A stretch of 64,000 nucleotides of DNA from Nanobdellati archaeon (GCA_018304505.1 JAGVWA010000001.1:85960-149959), one strand, 5' to 3'. Positions 20,200-30,546 are shown, counted from the stretch's first letter. Notes: a model not told the origin generated them from the sequence alone. Translations and numbers: made by a program.

Positions 20200-20360
20200 A
20201 GATTGGTCACCTCGACGTCTAAGAATTCTACATGGCTTTATAAACCTTTCGGAAATTGCAACAAGCTTGCTGCAATTGTTTATACGTCTCCGGGGGTATA
20301 AAGTTTTTTATATCCCAGGAAACCTAAGGAACAACAGCCACAAAATCAAAAGAACAACAT

Positions 20361-20497
20361 GGGGATTTAGGGTAGCTTGGCATCCTAGCTGGCTCCAGAC
20401 TTACTGATCTGGAGCGATGAGCTCTATTTTTGAGCAATGATATCCGATTGGTATCGGAAGATACCAGCCGACCTGGGTTCGAATCCCAGAGTCCCCA
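20361..20497 (+). tRNA. tRNA-Trp(CCA) with 37/38 intron 20399-20462
   Basis: Cloverleaf; acceptor GGGGATT/AGTCCCC; GGTTCGAATCC. Confidence 0.93.
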
Positions 20498-20563
20498 CTC
20501 ATCATTACACAACCAAGTTACACAACCCAATCATCATCAAGCAACTTGATTTCAAAGAAAAAA

Positions 20564-20635
20564 CGACCCCGGGAGGGCTCGAACCTCCACCACAAGGTTA
20601 ACAGCCTAGCATCCTGCCAGTTAGACTACGGGGTC
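20564..20635 (-). tRNA. tRNA-Asn(GTT), intronless
   Basis: Cloverleaf on minus strand, anticodon GTT. Confidence 0.93.
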
Positions 20636-20659
20636 AACCAAAATGCTTAATAATCTAAT

Positions 20660-20712
20660 ATTACTAACAACCAAAACATTACTAACAACCCAAACATTAC
20701 TAACAACCCAAG
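20660..20712. repeat. 18-bp tandem repeat x3 (ATTACTAACAACCMAAAC)
   Basis: Read directly, between divergent tRNA-Asn and gatC. Confidence 0.85.
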
Positions 20713-20739
20713 ATTACAACAGCCATTAAGGGGATAACT

Positions 20740-20958
20740 ATGGACATACCAGAACTGTGCAGGATTAAACTGACAGACGAAGAACAAGAACGCCTAGAGG
20801 CGGAAATGAAACAGATCCTCGACTGGGCAGGCGAAATCGGGGTGCCAGAGGCCAAACCAACAGCCTTTGAGGCCATAGTGCCCCGGGGCGACCGTGCGAG
20901 AAAATCGGCTTATGACATACGTTTTCCAAAAACAAAGGACGGGAAGATAGTTATATGA
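20740..20958 (+). CDS. gatC: Asp/Glu-tRNA amidotransferase subunit C
   Basis: LCRIKLTDEE...ILDW; precedes gatA. Confidence 0.75.
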   Translation: MDIPELCRIKLTDEEQERLEAEMKQILDWAGEIGVPEAKPTAFEAIVPRGDRARKSAYDIRFPKTKDGKIVI

Positions 20959-22130
20959 CACTCAAGGATAGGCACGGCGCGTTCATTTCTCTTACCGACA
21001 CGCCCGGCGAGTTGGCTGTGAAGGACAACATCTGCGTGCAGGGCTTCATGTGCACGGCTTCCTCAAAGCTGCTGGAAAACTATGAGCCACCTTACACAGC
21101 CACAGCCGTACAAAAACTCCAAAAACAGGGCCTGACTGTGATGGGGAAAACAAGCTGCGACGAATTCGCCTGCGGCAGCACCGGAACCCACACAAGCCTC
21201 GCTAATCCACGGAACCCGTTGGACGAAAAGCGCGTGCCTGGAGGCAGTTCAAGCGGTAGTGCAATAGCAGTAAAAGACGGCCTGGTGAGGTATGCAATTG
21301 GCTCAGACACTGGGGGTAGCGTAAGGTGTCCAGCAACGTTCTGCCAAATCGTTGGATACAGGCCAAGCTACGGCCAGATATCGAGATACGGGCTTATGGA
21401 CATGTGCATGAGCTTCGACACCATCGGTACACTGACAAGGAACGTCGACGATGCCATTTACCTCATTACGGGCATGAGCGGCAAGGACGACAAGGACTTA
21501 ACAACCATGAATTCAGTTGATGTTAAGGAAACGCCCGGCTTGGCAGGCAAGCGATTGGTGGCTTTCAGGCAAATCCTGGAATCGTGCGATCCGGGAATCA
21601 GGGAAAAATTCAACGAGGCAACTGAAAAAGCCAAACTCCATGTTGACGTGATCGACTTTCCAGAGATACACAAAAGCATTCCGACATACTACATGATCGT
21701 GTTTGCTGAGTTTGCGAGCGCAATGCAGCGCTTTGACGGAAAATTCTTTGGCAAAAATCGAGAGCTTCTGGGCCAAGAGGTGAAGCGGCGCATTCTACTG
21801 GGCACATTTATTTCGCAGAAGGAAAACAAGGACAAGTGGTACACACAAGCAATCAATGCGAGAAAGTGGTTCCAGCAGAAATTCGAGGCCATGTTTGCGA
21901 AATACGATTTCGTCATAAACCCGACAATGCCCTCGCCTGCACCCCTGGTTGGCGAAATCACTGACCCGATAACAGAGTACTCAATGGACCTTGGCACGAT
22001 TTTCCCAAGTTTAATGATGGGGCCCAGCATCAGCCTGCCCTACCAGGGCATGGGGATACAGCTCACAGGCAAGCGATTTTCTGACTCCGCGCTTCTGTAC
22101 AGCGCGCGTGACTTGGAGGGGGCGCTATGA
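20955..22130 (+). CDS. gatA: Asp/Glu-tRNA amidotransferase subunit A
   Basis: AVKDN, PGGSSSGSA, GSDTGGSVR, EVKRRILLG. Confidence 0.93.
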   Translation: MTLKDRHGAFISLTDTPGELAVKDNICVQGFMCTASSKLLENYEPPYTATAVQKLQKQGLTVMGKTSCDEFACGSTGTHTSLANPRNPLDEKRVPGGSSSGSAIAVKDGLVRYAIGSDTGGSVRCPATFCQIVGYRPSYGQISRYGLMDMCMSFDTIGTLTRNVDDAIYLITGMSGKDDKDLTTMNSVDVKETPGLAGKRLVAFRQILESCDPGIREKFNEATEKAKLHVDVIDFPEIHKSIPTYYMIVFAEFASAMQRFDGKFFGKNRELLGQEVKRRILLGTFISQKENKDKWYTQAINARKWFQQKFEAMFAKYDFVINPTMPSPAPLVGEITDPITEYSMDLGTIFPSLMMGPSISLPYQGMGIQLTGKRFSDSALLYSARDLEGAL

Positions 22131-23298
22131 AGGTGGGCTTTGAATTGCACGTTACGCCACTGACAGAAAGCAAGATGTACTGCGATTGTCCAACAAAAAA
22201 CGCGCAACCGAATTTGCAGGTATGCCCCATTTGCACTGGCCAGCCTGGCAGCAAGCCCATGGCACCAAACGAAACCGCATTACGGGCAGGCATTAAACTT
22301 GCCAAGGCGCTGAACTGCACGCTTAATGAGAGCGTTAGCGTGATGCGTAAGCACTACTTCTACCCCGACCTGCCGAACAACTATCAGCTGACAAGCGAGC
22401 CGTTTGGCGAAAACGGTTCTTTCAACAACGTTGGGATCACCGAAATTCATTTTGAGGAGGACCCTGGGCAATATGACCCAAAGTCGGGCTTGGTTGACTT
22501 GAACCGCAGTGGGTCGCCGTTGCTGGAAGTCGTGACAGAGCCGGACATTGACTCGATCGAGAAGGCGCGCGATTTCCTTGAGGAATTCAGTGCACTGCTC
22601 GGCTTTCTCGGCATATCCCAGAAAATCAAGGCAGACACCAATGTCTCTATCAATGGCGGCGCGCGCGTCGAGGTTAAAAACATAGGGTCGATTAGCGGAG
22701 CCCTGAACGCCATACAGTATGAAGTGAATAGGCAGGCGAAGGAAGGCGCCGTACTCGAGACGCGGCATTACGACAAGGACACCATGACAACCAAGCCGGC
22801 TAGGTTGAAGGAAACCGTGGCCGATTATCGCTACATGCGAGAGCCGAACCTGCCGAGACCGCGCGCATCATTACAAGCGAAAAATGGCTCTACGACTTAT
22901 TCAACAACGTGAACATGGACAAGGCTGAATTGGCGAAATTCCTGCGCCGTGACCTGCTAAATGAACTGAAGTACCGCCAGATTAGTTTTGAAAACAGCAG
23001 CCTTGACGTGCAGAAGCTAGAGCAGCTTTTGAACGAGGGCATAAGCCCGCGAGCCAGGACAGAGAAGTTACGCGCGTTGTTGGACAACAAGGCAGTGGAC
23101 GTAACGGAAGCGAGCCACGATGATTTGGAAAAAGCAGTAGACGCAGTGCTCGAAATTGAGGCCGCAGCTGTTGAGAAATACAAAAACGGGAAAAAGAACT
23201 TGTTCAATTATTTCCTCGGCGAGGTTGACAAGAAACTAGGGCACAGTGTAAAACCGGGCGACATCGCACGCGTGTTGAAAAAGAAACTCGGAAGCTAG
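22127..23298 (+). pseudogene. gatB: gatB broken by a frameshift/deletion near 22855 (real or assembly error)
   Basis: Catalytic part in one frame (GFELH, YFYPDLP, VEVKN, DYRYMREP); helical/YqeY part (ETARIITSEK...NYFLGEV) in another. Confidence 0.75.
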
Positions 23299-23335
23299 GG
23301 CCGCTTTCCGTTGCTAGAACCACTTTCCACTTTTG

Positions 23336-24079
23336 CTAGAACAGCTTTCGCATGCTCTCGCTGAAGTACGGGCTCCTGATCCAGGAGGCGACTTCTGTCT
23401 TCGAGTTCTCTGGCGTGAGGAACAAAAGCACGTCGTTGTCTACTATCATCATCCTGTGAAACGATTCAGACTTGACTGAATGCGCAATCTGCCGGGCTTC
23501 CTTCAGAACGGCGGTAGAGCTCTTTGAGTTGATCTTTATCTCCACGCCCCGGTCTCGCGCTGTCTTAAGATGAGTGCTGAAGAGATCAAGCTTGTCCTTG
23601 AGCTTCTTCTCAGATGTCGCAATGTAAATGTGCTTCTGCGCACCTGTGAGAAGGTTATCGATTTTTGAGTTGATGTTCTGGCTGTCCTTGAGCACCCACA
23701 CGAAATCGCCTGCAGACGGGCTCTCTTTCATGTCAGTGTCCTTCATGGTTTTTTTGAAGTCATTCTTTATGACCTCCATGTCACCGAGGTCCTGATTGTG
23801 TTCAGACACCTTGTGCTTTTTCAGATTCATGAATGCCTCTTCTATAGGCACTGCGGCAAACTTGATTGGCCTGCCAGGTTGCGAACTTATCAAGCCGCGC
23901 TTTTCCAGTTTATCCAGGACATCGTACGCCCTCGGCCGGGGAATGTCGGCTATGTTTGCCGAGTCACTGGCAGACGTAGCACCCTTGGTAAGCAAAGCTA
24001 AATATAACCTTGACTCGTATTGATTTAAGCCCACCCTTTTCAGCAAATTGAGCGCGTCTTCATTCATCTTGACTTCCAT
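23336..24079 (-). CDS. TrmB family transcriptional regulator
   Basis: GLNQYES..Y.ALL, IPRPRAYDVL, PLD-like C-terminal domain. Confidence 0.88.
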   Translation of the reverse strand: MEVKMNEDALNLLKRVGLNQYESRLYLALLTKGATSASDSANIADIPRPRAYDVLDKLEKRGLISSQPGRPIKFAAVPIEEAFMNLKKHKVSEHNQDLGDMEVIKNDFKKTMKDTDMKESPSAGDFVWVLKDSQNINSKIDNLLTGAQKHIYIATSEKKLKDKLDLFSTHLKTARDRGVEIKINSKSSTAVLKEARQIAHSVKSESFHRMMIVDNDVLLFLTPENSKTEVASWIRSPYFSESMRKLF

Positions 24080-24154
24080 AATCACTCCACGTATATATTA
24101 TTTACCACAACCTTTAAATAGTTTACTACTTCATAATAGTAACAAGGTAATAAT

Positions 24155-25765
24155 ATGAGATTATTGCACGCCGCGGTGTTTCTAATCCTCCTGATGTCAA
24201 CAGCCATTGCTATAACCCAAACAGACCCAACAATAGAGACGCAAAGCTCAAAAACCGTGTTCCATGGGGACACGGCAAACTACCGCATCTCGATTACCAA
24301 CAACGAGGCCACGAGCAAGGCCTTTAAGCTCACAATAAGCGAGAACCCCCAAAACCTCCCAATCAGGATACCGACAACTGATTTAACAATACAACCCAAG
24401 GCCACCAAGGCCTTTGACATCTTTATAGATACTACTAAACTGAGTCTCGGCACATATACCTTTGGGTTGTCAGTATCAAAAGACAGCGACGTGTTCGAAG
24501 GCCCGTTCACGCTGCAGGTCCAGGGAGCCTCGGGTGACTTATCCATAAGTTCGGCTTACAAAACGCTGGAAGTGACGCAAGGCGAGTACAAAGAACTGCG
24601 TTTTACCGTCACAAATAGGGGCGCAATCCAGCTGAAAAACCTAATCCTAACCTCGAACTTGCCGGCAGAATTCCTGCCAAAGTACCCTGAGCCCTTTAAC
24701 CTGGCCGCGTCTGAAAGGCGTGAAGTCAAAATCGGCATCACAACCCAAGACGGCGCAGCAGTTGGCGAGCGAGACTTCAGGATAGAAGCGGCCTCTGGTA
24801 ATGTAGAGGCATCAACAACAACCACGCTAAGGGTGCAGAAATCGCTAGACTTAACGCAAGACCTCATCCTTGAACTCTTACTGCCCTGGGATCCTATCAA
24901 GGAAAACGGCAACGTCATCGGATACCAAATCCCATACAGGCTGACGAATCGCGGTGACCACAAAATCTCTCAGGTATCAGTAGACGTCCTTAATGTCTCC
25001 CCAGAATGGACCGTGGAGAAGAACAGGCCCATAGACTTAGACAGCAAGGAAACCAAGGACTTTACATTAAGAATTATTCCAACAACACTCGAAGACACGC
25101 AGGCAATCATTTCCATGTCGCAAAACATGCAGCCCGTAGAGAATGTTACAATAAACCTCGCAGGCTACAAGGTGGGCGCGGCCAGCAGCGCTTCCGGCAA
25201 CGTCATCATGGGCGGCTCTGGCACGGCCGGCATAATGCTCATACTCGTATTTGTCCTGGGCTTCCTGGTTTACAAGCAGCGCAACGAATACAAGGAAAAA
25301 CTGCAAGACGTAAAGCGCCAAACCTATCTTGACCAACTTGCAGATGACATCACAAAGGAGATGGCGCTCGATGACCCCAAGGAGATCTTTGACAACACCG
25401 AACTACGGCCTCTAAAGGCCGCGCTTGATAAAGAAAAGCAAACGCCGCAAGAGCCACCTGTAACAAAACAAGATGCCCCGGAGGAAATCCGCCTTGGGCC
25501 ATTGACGCTTGTAAAGCCAACGCAAGAACCAACACAAGAACCAACACACGAACCAACACAAGAAAACCTAGAAAAAGCAGCAGAGGAAGACGTGCTCTTT
25601 TACACCTCAAAAAACCCAAAGCCTGAAGCCCCTGAGCCAACAGACGCGGAACCAGAAGACGACGATGATGACGACGCAAGCGCAAGCGAATCACATGAGC
25701 CTGCATCAACACCAGCAGCAGCGAAGCCCAGGAACTTCGCCGAGGTTCTCAGAAAACGCAAGTGA
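24155..25765 (+). CDS. surface protein with Ig-like (NEW3/CARDB-like) domains, TM and acidic tail
   Basis: Signal peptide, repeated TN.G beta domains, TM near aa 355-375, PTQE repeats. Confidence 0.7.
   Translation: MRLLHAAVFLILLMSTAIAITQTDPTIETQSSKTVFHGDTANYRISITNNEATSKAFKLTISENPQNLPIRIPTTDLTIQPKATKAFDIFIDTTKLSLGTYTFGLSVSKDSDVFEGPFTLQVQGASGDLSISSAYKTLEVTQGEYKELRFTVTNRGAIQLKNLILTSNLPAEFLPKYPEPFNLAASERREVKIGITTQDGAAVGERDFRIEAASGNVEASTTTTLRVQKSLDLTQDLILELLLPWDPIKENGNVIGYQIPYRLTNRGDHKISQVSVDVLNVSPEWTVEKNRPIDLDSKETKDFTLRIIPTTLEDTQAIISMSQNMQPVENVTINLAGYKVGAASSASGNVIMGGSGTAGIMLILVFVLGFLVYKQRNEYKEKLQDVKRQTYLDQLADDITKEMALDDPKEIFDNTELRPLKAALDKEKQTPQEPPVTKQDAPEEIRLGPLTLVKPTQEPTQEPTHEPTQENLEKAAEEDVLFYTSKNPKPEAPEPTDAEPEDDDDDDASASESHEPASTPAAAKPRNFAEVLRKRK
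25517..25564 (+). repeat. in-frame 12-bp repeat x4 (PTQE/PTHE)
   Basis: CCAACACAAGAA-like units. Confidence 0.8.
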
Positions 25766-25879
25766 TTGCTAAACAACACTTTTCGGTATACCAACAGCAT
25801 TGCCTTAAACTGCTGTTCAGTAGTCTCATTATTCCAGTAAATCGAAAGCGCTATATATCCCCGCTGCTTTCTCTTTGTT

Positions 25880-26878
25880 ATGAACGTGCACCAAAGCGCC
25901 GAGGGGATCCTAGTAGAAGACAGGGAAACGAAATTATTCCTAGATCCAAGCCGGCAGATCAAACCAGCACAGGGGATCGTCGGAATTTCGCACGCGCACC
26001 AAGACCATGTACGGAACCACAAGACAGAGTGCATACTAACCCCCGCAACATCTGACTTGTTCCATGCAAGCGAAGCCAAGAGGAAAAAACACGCGTACGG
26101 CAAAAAGACAAGACTCGACAACCTCGTCATCAGCATGCACAGCGCCAACCACATCCTCGGTTCTTCTCAATTCAGGATCGAGAATTCCCAAGTACTGACT
26201 TATACCGGCGATTTCAAACTCCAAAGGTCATTGCTGTATCCTAAATGCGATGTCATCGACACTGACATCCTGATAATGGAAGCCACTTATGGCTCGCCCG
26301 AATACGTTTTCCCAAACCCAGATGGGGTCTACAGGGACATGGGGCTCTGGATCAAATCGAACCCCGGAAAAAACGTGATCATAGGCGCCTACGCCCTTGG
26401 AAAGAGCCAAGAACTCATCAAGGCCCTCAATGAAATGAGCATCGTGCCCGTGACGCATCCAAGCGTTACACAAAACAGCGAAGTCTACAAAAAGCACGGC
26501 GCCAGCATTGAATACATTGACTCAGAATCGCCAGAAGGGAACGAAGTCATGAAGCAAGGCTTTGTCGGAATCGTTCCAAGGCATTTATTAAAGTATGAAT
26601 TCATCCACGGCCTTGAAATGCAGTACATGAAACCTGTTTTGACTAGCTTCGTTTCAGGTTGGGCTACCAAGTACAACTTCGGGGTAGACAAGACCTTTAT
26701 CCTTTCTGACCACGCCGACTTCAGCCAGCTAATGTCCTACGCCGAACTCAGTGGCGCGAAGCAGATTTACACCGTGCACGGGCAAAATCACGAACTGGCT
26801 CGACAGATAAGAAAGCAGCTGGGCATTCCAGCGATTCCGTTAGCAGACAAGGCACAGAAAACGCTGGCAGAATACTGA
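25880..26878 (+). CDS. MBL-fold beta-CASP nuclease
   Basis: SHAHQDH, HILGS, YTGD, EATYG, LSDHAD, VHG. Confidence 0.88.
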   Translation: MNVHQSAEGILVEDRETKLFLDPSRQIKPAQGIVGISHAHQDHVRNHKTECILTPATSDLFHASEAKRKKHAYGKKTRLDNLVISMHSANHILGSSQFRIENSQVLTYTGDFKLQRSLLYPKCDVIDTDILIMEATYGSPEYVFPNPDGVYRDMGLWIKSNPGKNVIIGAYALGKSQELIKALNEMSIVPVTHPSVTQNSEVYKKHGASIEYIDSESPEGNEVMKQGFVGIVPRHLLKYEFIHGLEMQYMKPVLTSFVSGWATKYNFGVDKTFILSDHADFSQLMSYAELSGAKQIYTVHGQNHELARQIRKQLGIPAIPLADKAQKTLAEY

Positions 26879-26946
26879 GGAAATTGAAACCTTTATAAAC
26901 CCTACACTTCAGAAATATCAACAAGCAATCAACAAGTGAACTTATT

Positions 26947-27168
26947 ATGAGAGGAAAAGCAAAACTCATATCCTGTACATACTGCGGGCGCAGGGTACCC
27001 GTGGACAAGGCAAACAGGATTAGGACGACCAACTTCAGGTATAGTGACGACAGGACCGGTTTAAACTACTTTGGCGGCTTTGACACCGCACGATGCTGCC
27101 CAAGCTGTGCTAGGCACAGGCATGTGAAAAACCTGGTGCCAATGAAAGGCAGGCCAAAGCGACGCTAA
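26947..27168 (+). CDS. rps26e: ribosomal protein eS26 (S26e)
   Basis: CTYCGRRVPVDKA...CPSCARH. Confidence 0.8.
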   Translation: MRGKAKLISCTYCGRRVPVDKANRIRTTNFRYSDDRTGLNYFGGFDTARCCPSCARHRHVKNLVPMKGRPKRR

Positions 27169-27662
27169 ATATCCACAAAGTCCAAGAGCAAATGCGAGAA
27201 GTATCCAAGAGAAGCAAATGCCCCAATGATGGCGCTCAATTCTACAGACCCAAGAACAATGTACGTGAGGCCCATTGACAGCAAGCCGTAAACAACCCCT
27301 GTCTTTAGCCTATGAACAACGCCCCTGTGCCTTGGCAAAAACAAGCCGATGAACATTATAAAAAGCAGGGACAGCGCTGACGACACAAGAATCGAAACCC
27401 CCAATGCATTGTTGCCAGACAAAATAAAGAACGAAACCACGAACACGGCGCCCGCAAGGAAAAACTTCAACTGCTTAAAGATCCATGATTTCTTCGTGTC
27501 AATGTCCGGCAAAACAGACCCTACAATGATAAAGAACAAGCCTATGGCGAGCAGCAAAAGCAAGTCAAGCATTGGGGGATCTGGAAGAAACACAACAGCA
27601 AATGCCGCGTAAATTAAGAAAACCAAGAAGCCAAAAAACTTGTGCACTTTTTGAAAAGGCAT
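27165..27662 (-). CDS. membrane metal-dependent hydrolase (YdjM-like)
   Basis: LPDID, HRGVVH, SHLLLD. Confidence 0.85.
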   Translation of the reverse strand: MPFQKVHKFFGFLVFLIYAAFAVVFLPDPPMLDLLLLLAIGLFFIIVGSVLPDIDTKKSWIFKQLKFFLAGAVFVVSFFILSGNNALGVSILVSSALSLLFIMFIGLFLPRHRGVVHRLKTGVVYGLLSMGLTYIVLGSVELSAIIGAFASLGYFSHLLLDFVDI

Positions 27663-27684
27663 CCTTTAATCACACAGCCCAGAC

Positions 27685-28947
27685 TCACTTTTTAGCTGCT
27701 TTAGGTTTTACATGAGCCGATTTTTTACCTAACCGCCCTGCTTGAACATTCCCATCGTCATCGTAGTGAATTCTGCCAATGTAAAAAAGCGCAAGTGTTG
27801 AAATCAGAACAGTGGTGAGAATTATTCCAAACGTCACGTCTGCAAAGAAATACGTGTTGTGGATTCCACGCGTAAACGGGATGTAAGCCAAAACAGCAGC
27901 AGCAAGACCTCTCGGGAACATCGCCATCATTAAATGCCGTTCCTTGTCACTAATCTTCATTTTGTGCATAGCGGCCCGTATTGCCAATGGCCTTATTGAG
28001 AAGAGCGCAATGGCAAGCAGGATCCCAAAAATGATGCTCCTGAAGTCAATGAATGAAACCAGGATGCCGAGGTAGACAAAGAAGAACGTTCTTATGATAA
28101 ACGCTATGAGGGCATGATACCTGCGTGCGGGCTTGTCTAATTCAAACTCCATGTTCTGGTATTTGAGCATTCCAAATATCTTTTTTCCGTTTCCAAGCAC
28201 AACGCCGAAACTCAAGCAGGCAATGGCCCCGCTTCCGCCAAGGCTTTCCACGAAGCTGTAGAGCAGAAATATAATACCGAGGGTTACAAGGTATGAGAAT
28301 TCTTCTTCCCTAAATCTCCGGCTTATTGGAATCCAAAACAAGCCGCTGAGCGAGCCGATAACGATTCCGATAGAAAAACCAGAAGCGAGGATCTGTCCAA
28401 CAGCCTGCAGGCCAATACCTGAAATTATGGTTTCCATTACTACAATCGCCATCAGGATCGACAAGGCATCGGTTAAAGCAGACTCTATGCTCAGGACTGT
28501 TCTGACGTGGTTGCTTACACCAGGAATCTTATTAATGATCGGAATAACGATTGGCGAGCTAGTTCCACCGACAATTACACCGAGCAGGAGCCCAGTGAGA
28601 ACATTAAAACCAAGCGCCACCATAATTACGGTAACGATTAAAGCAGAGAACGTAAACGCGAGCAGCGTTAACATCAATCCCCTTGGGGCTTCCCTAAACA
28701 ACTTGTAAATGTCAAGATTAAGGCCGCCCTCGAACAGGATAATGATTACGGCAATAGCTGCAAACAACTCGCTGATGTTCAAGAACACTGAGGCGTCCAC
28801 AATTTTCAAAATCGGGCCTAGCAGCAAGCCGAATAGGAGCAGCCAGATAATGCTTGGCACGTCTGTCTTTTTGAAAATCAGGTCTCCTACAAAGCCGATG
28901 AAGATGATTACACCAATTATGGTTATCGGCAACAATACGTCTACCAT
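27685..28947 (-). CDS. cation:proton antiporter (NhaP-type)
   Basis: LFEGG, ESALTD, FFFVYLG, PRGLAAAVLA. Confidence 0.9.
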   Translation of the reverse strand: MVDVLLPITIIGVIIFIGFVGDLIFKKTDVPSIIWLLLFGLLLGPILKIVDASVFLNISELFAAIAVIIILFEGGLNLDIYKLFREAPRGLMLTLLAFTFSALIVTVIMVALGFNVLTGLLLGVIVGGTSSPIVIPIINKIPGVSNHVRTVLSIESALTDALSILMAIVVMETIISGIGLQAVGQILASGFSIGIVIGSLSGLFWIPISRRFREEEFSYLVTLGIIFLLYSFVESLGGSGAIACLSFGVVLGNGKKIFGMLKYQNMEFELDKPARRYHALIAFIIRTFFFVYLGILVSFIDFRSIIFGILLAIALFSIRPLAIRAAMHKMKISDKERHLMMAMFPRGLAAAVLAYIPFTRGIHNTYFFADVTFGIILTTVLISTLALFYIGRIHYDDDGNVQAGRLGKKSAHVKPKAAKK

Positions 28948-28986
28948 GATTTGAAAATGAATCCTTGGTTATTAAACATTCCCATA

Positions 28987-29045
28987 TAAACAAGTAAACA
29001 AGCAAACGAGTAAACAAGCAAACAAGCAAACGAGTAAACAAGCAA
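28987..29045. repeat. 8-bp tandem repeat x7 (YAAACRAG)
   Basis: Read directly. Confidence 0.85.
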
Positions 29046-29153
29046 CGGGCGTGCGATTAACAAGTGCGCGGTGACTCGGTGCGCGATGAACAAATGCGTG
29101 GCCGAGCGCGGCTGGGCTGGTATGCTTATATACCAATGTCCCCTAGCTATCTT

Positions 29154-29459
29154 ATGGTGTTTTGCGGAGTTTGTAAAGAAACGAAAGAAGTTAAAAACAG
29201 ATGGAACATTAATGAGCACTCTGCCGACAACAACATAATGCGCAATTTCAAGGTGTGCGACGGCTGTGCCGTTTCCCTTGTCAAGCGCCTCAGCGAGGAA
29301 GAGCGCGATGATAGCGCGCCGGACAAAATTAATATGGTGAGAAGCTCCCTCATCAAGGAGTTCTATCTGGCAGAAGACGGAAATCTTGAACTGACTATTT
29401 CGATGGACCTGGCAAAAGCCAGAAAACTAATTCTCGAAGAAACAAATACCAAAGAATAA
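29154..29459 (+). CDS. hypothetical zinc-finger protein
   Basis: CGVC...CDGC; TATA about 25 nt upstream. Confidence 0.6.
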   Translation: MVFCGVCKETKEVKNRWNINEHSADNNIMRNFKVCDGCAVSLVKRLSEEERDDSAPDKINMVRSSLIKEFYLAEDGNLELTISMDLAKARKLILEETNTKE

Positions 29460-29465
29460 CGGGCC

Positions 29466-29639
29466 TTAAAAGTAAAGGAATTTTATAACCGCCCCTATCA
29501 AAAAAGCCAGCAACGCAAAGCCTATGGCTATGTTCCAGTAAATCAGGCCCCGCAATTCGAGCTGCCTCCTACGGAGAAGCTCATTCTGAACCTCCAGCAT
29601 TCTTAGTCTGTACCCTCCCCCTGAATCAGGTGCAGGCAT
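29466..29639 (-). CDS. small coiled-coil + TM protein (true start possibly 29688 with frameshift)
   Basis: MPAPDS...LEVQNELLRRRQLEL...IAIGFALLAFLIGAVIKFLYF. Confidence 0.5.
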   Translation of the reverse strand: MPAPDSGGGYRLRMLEVQNELLRRRQLELRGLIYWNIAIGFALLAFLIGAVIKFLYF

Positions 29640-29690
29640 AACTGCTTTTATTGCTGCCTTTACTGCCCTTGGTTTTGGTTGCCGCCATTT

Positions 29691-30479
29691 TTATCCTCCT
29701 AAAGACATGACATGAAACTCGCAAAATGTGCTGCCTGTGCCCCAGCACTTTGTCTCATTAACACTAATGGCTTCTGAGTTTTTAAACTTAACAAATGCCC
29801 CCCTCAAAAAGCCACGTATGTAATTGCACACGGCCCTGTTAACGTAGGGCATGCCAGCTGCAAATGCAGACTCATGGATTCGCAGCACTGCGTCCTTGGC
29901 GATTTTTTGGTCGCCCTCAATTTTTTCCAGGATGCCGATGCCCTCTTCTTTGAATCTCTTTGCGACAACATCAATTAATTCATCCTTGCTATCTGGTTTA
30001 ATTGATGACACAAATTCCCTCGCCTTCAATTCCCCAGCCTGCGATGCTACGCGCTCTGCCTGAAAGTCACCGGCGATATCATAAAGCGCTAAGTGCAGAT
30101 TTCGCAAAACTGACACGTCGACGCTCGATTTCGTGGTCTTTCTTACAGATACATCTACATCAACGATATCCCCTTGCGACCCGAGGGACAGCACTTCCTT
30201 GGTGTCAAATTTTAGCCCCAGGGTTCTCTTGATGTCCTCAATCGCCGTAACCAAATCGACAGCAGCGCTAGCAATCTTTTCCTTCAGGTAATCAAAGCCC
30301 TGCCCTTCAACAAAGGCAGTGATCTTGCCATCGGAAAAAAAGAAGATTCTCACTTCATCAGAACGCCGCTCCAGGACAGTTTTTTCCTCGTCAGCATAAT
30401 CTAGATAATCAAGCTTTGACAGCTTGCCTAAGTCAAGCTGATGCTTTAAATCATAGACCATCGCTTCTGATTTCAACAT
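29691..30479 (-). CDS. V4R-domain protein
   Basis: ESAFA..P....VCNYIRGFLRG...ETKCWGTG..FCEF. Confidence 0.85.
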   Translation of the reverse strand: MLKSEAMVYDLKHQLDLGKLSKLDYLDYADEEKTVLERRSDEVRIFFFSDGKITAFVEGQGFDYLKEKIASAAVDLVTAIEDIKRTLGLKFDTKEVLSLGSQGDIVDVDVSVRKTTKSSVDVSVLRNLHLALYDIAGDFQAERVASQAGELKAREFVSSIKPDSKDELIDVVAKRFKEEGIGILEKIEGDQKIAKDAVLRIHESAFAAGMPYVNRAVCNYIRGFLRGAFVKFKNSEAISVNETKCWGTGSTFCEFHVMSLGG

Positions 30480-30546
30480 ACTCACCTTTTGATACACGCA
30501 CACCTTTTGCTACAACCACACTCGCAACAGCCATTAACAGCACGCG

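Noticed and set aside
24556-26154. Antisense ORFs MWSPR... and MWLAL... as MW-group members
   Set aside because: They lie wholly or largely antisense to well-supported genes.
29626-29688. Selenoprotein readthrough of TGA in the 20-aa ORF (...ACT*)
   Set aside because: No redox context or SECIS seen; another frame explains the coding signal.
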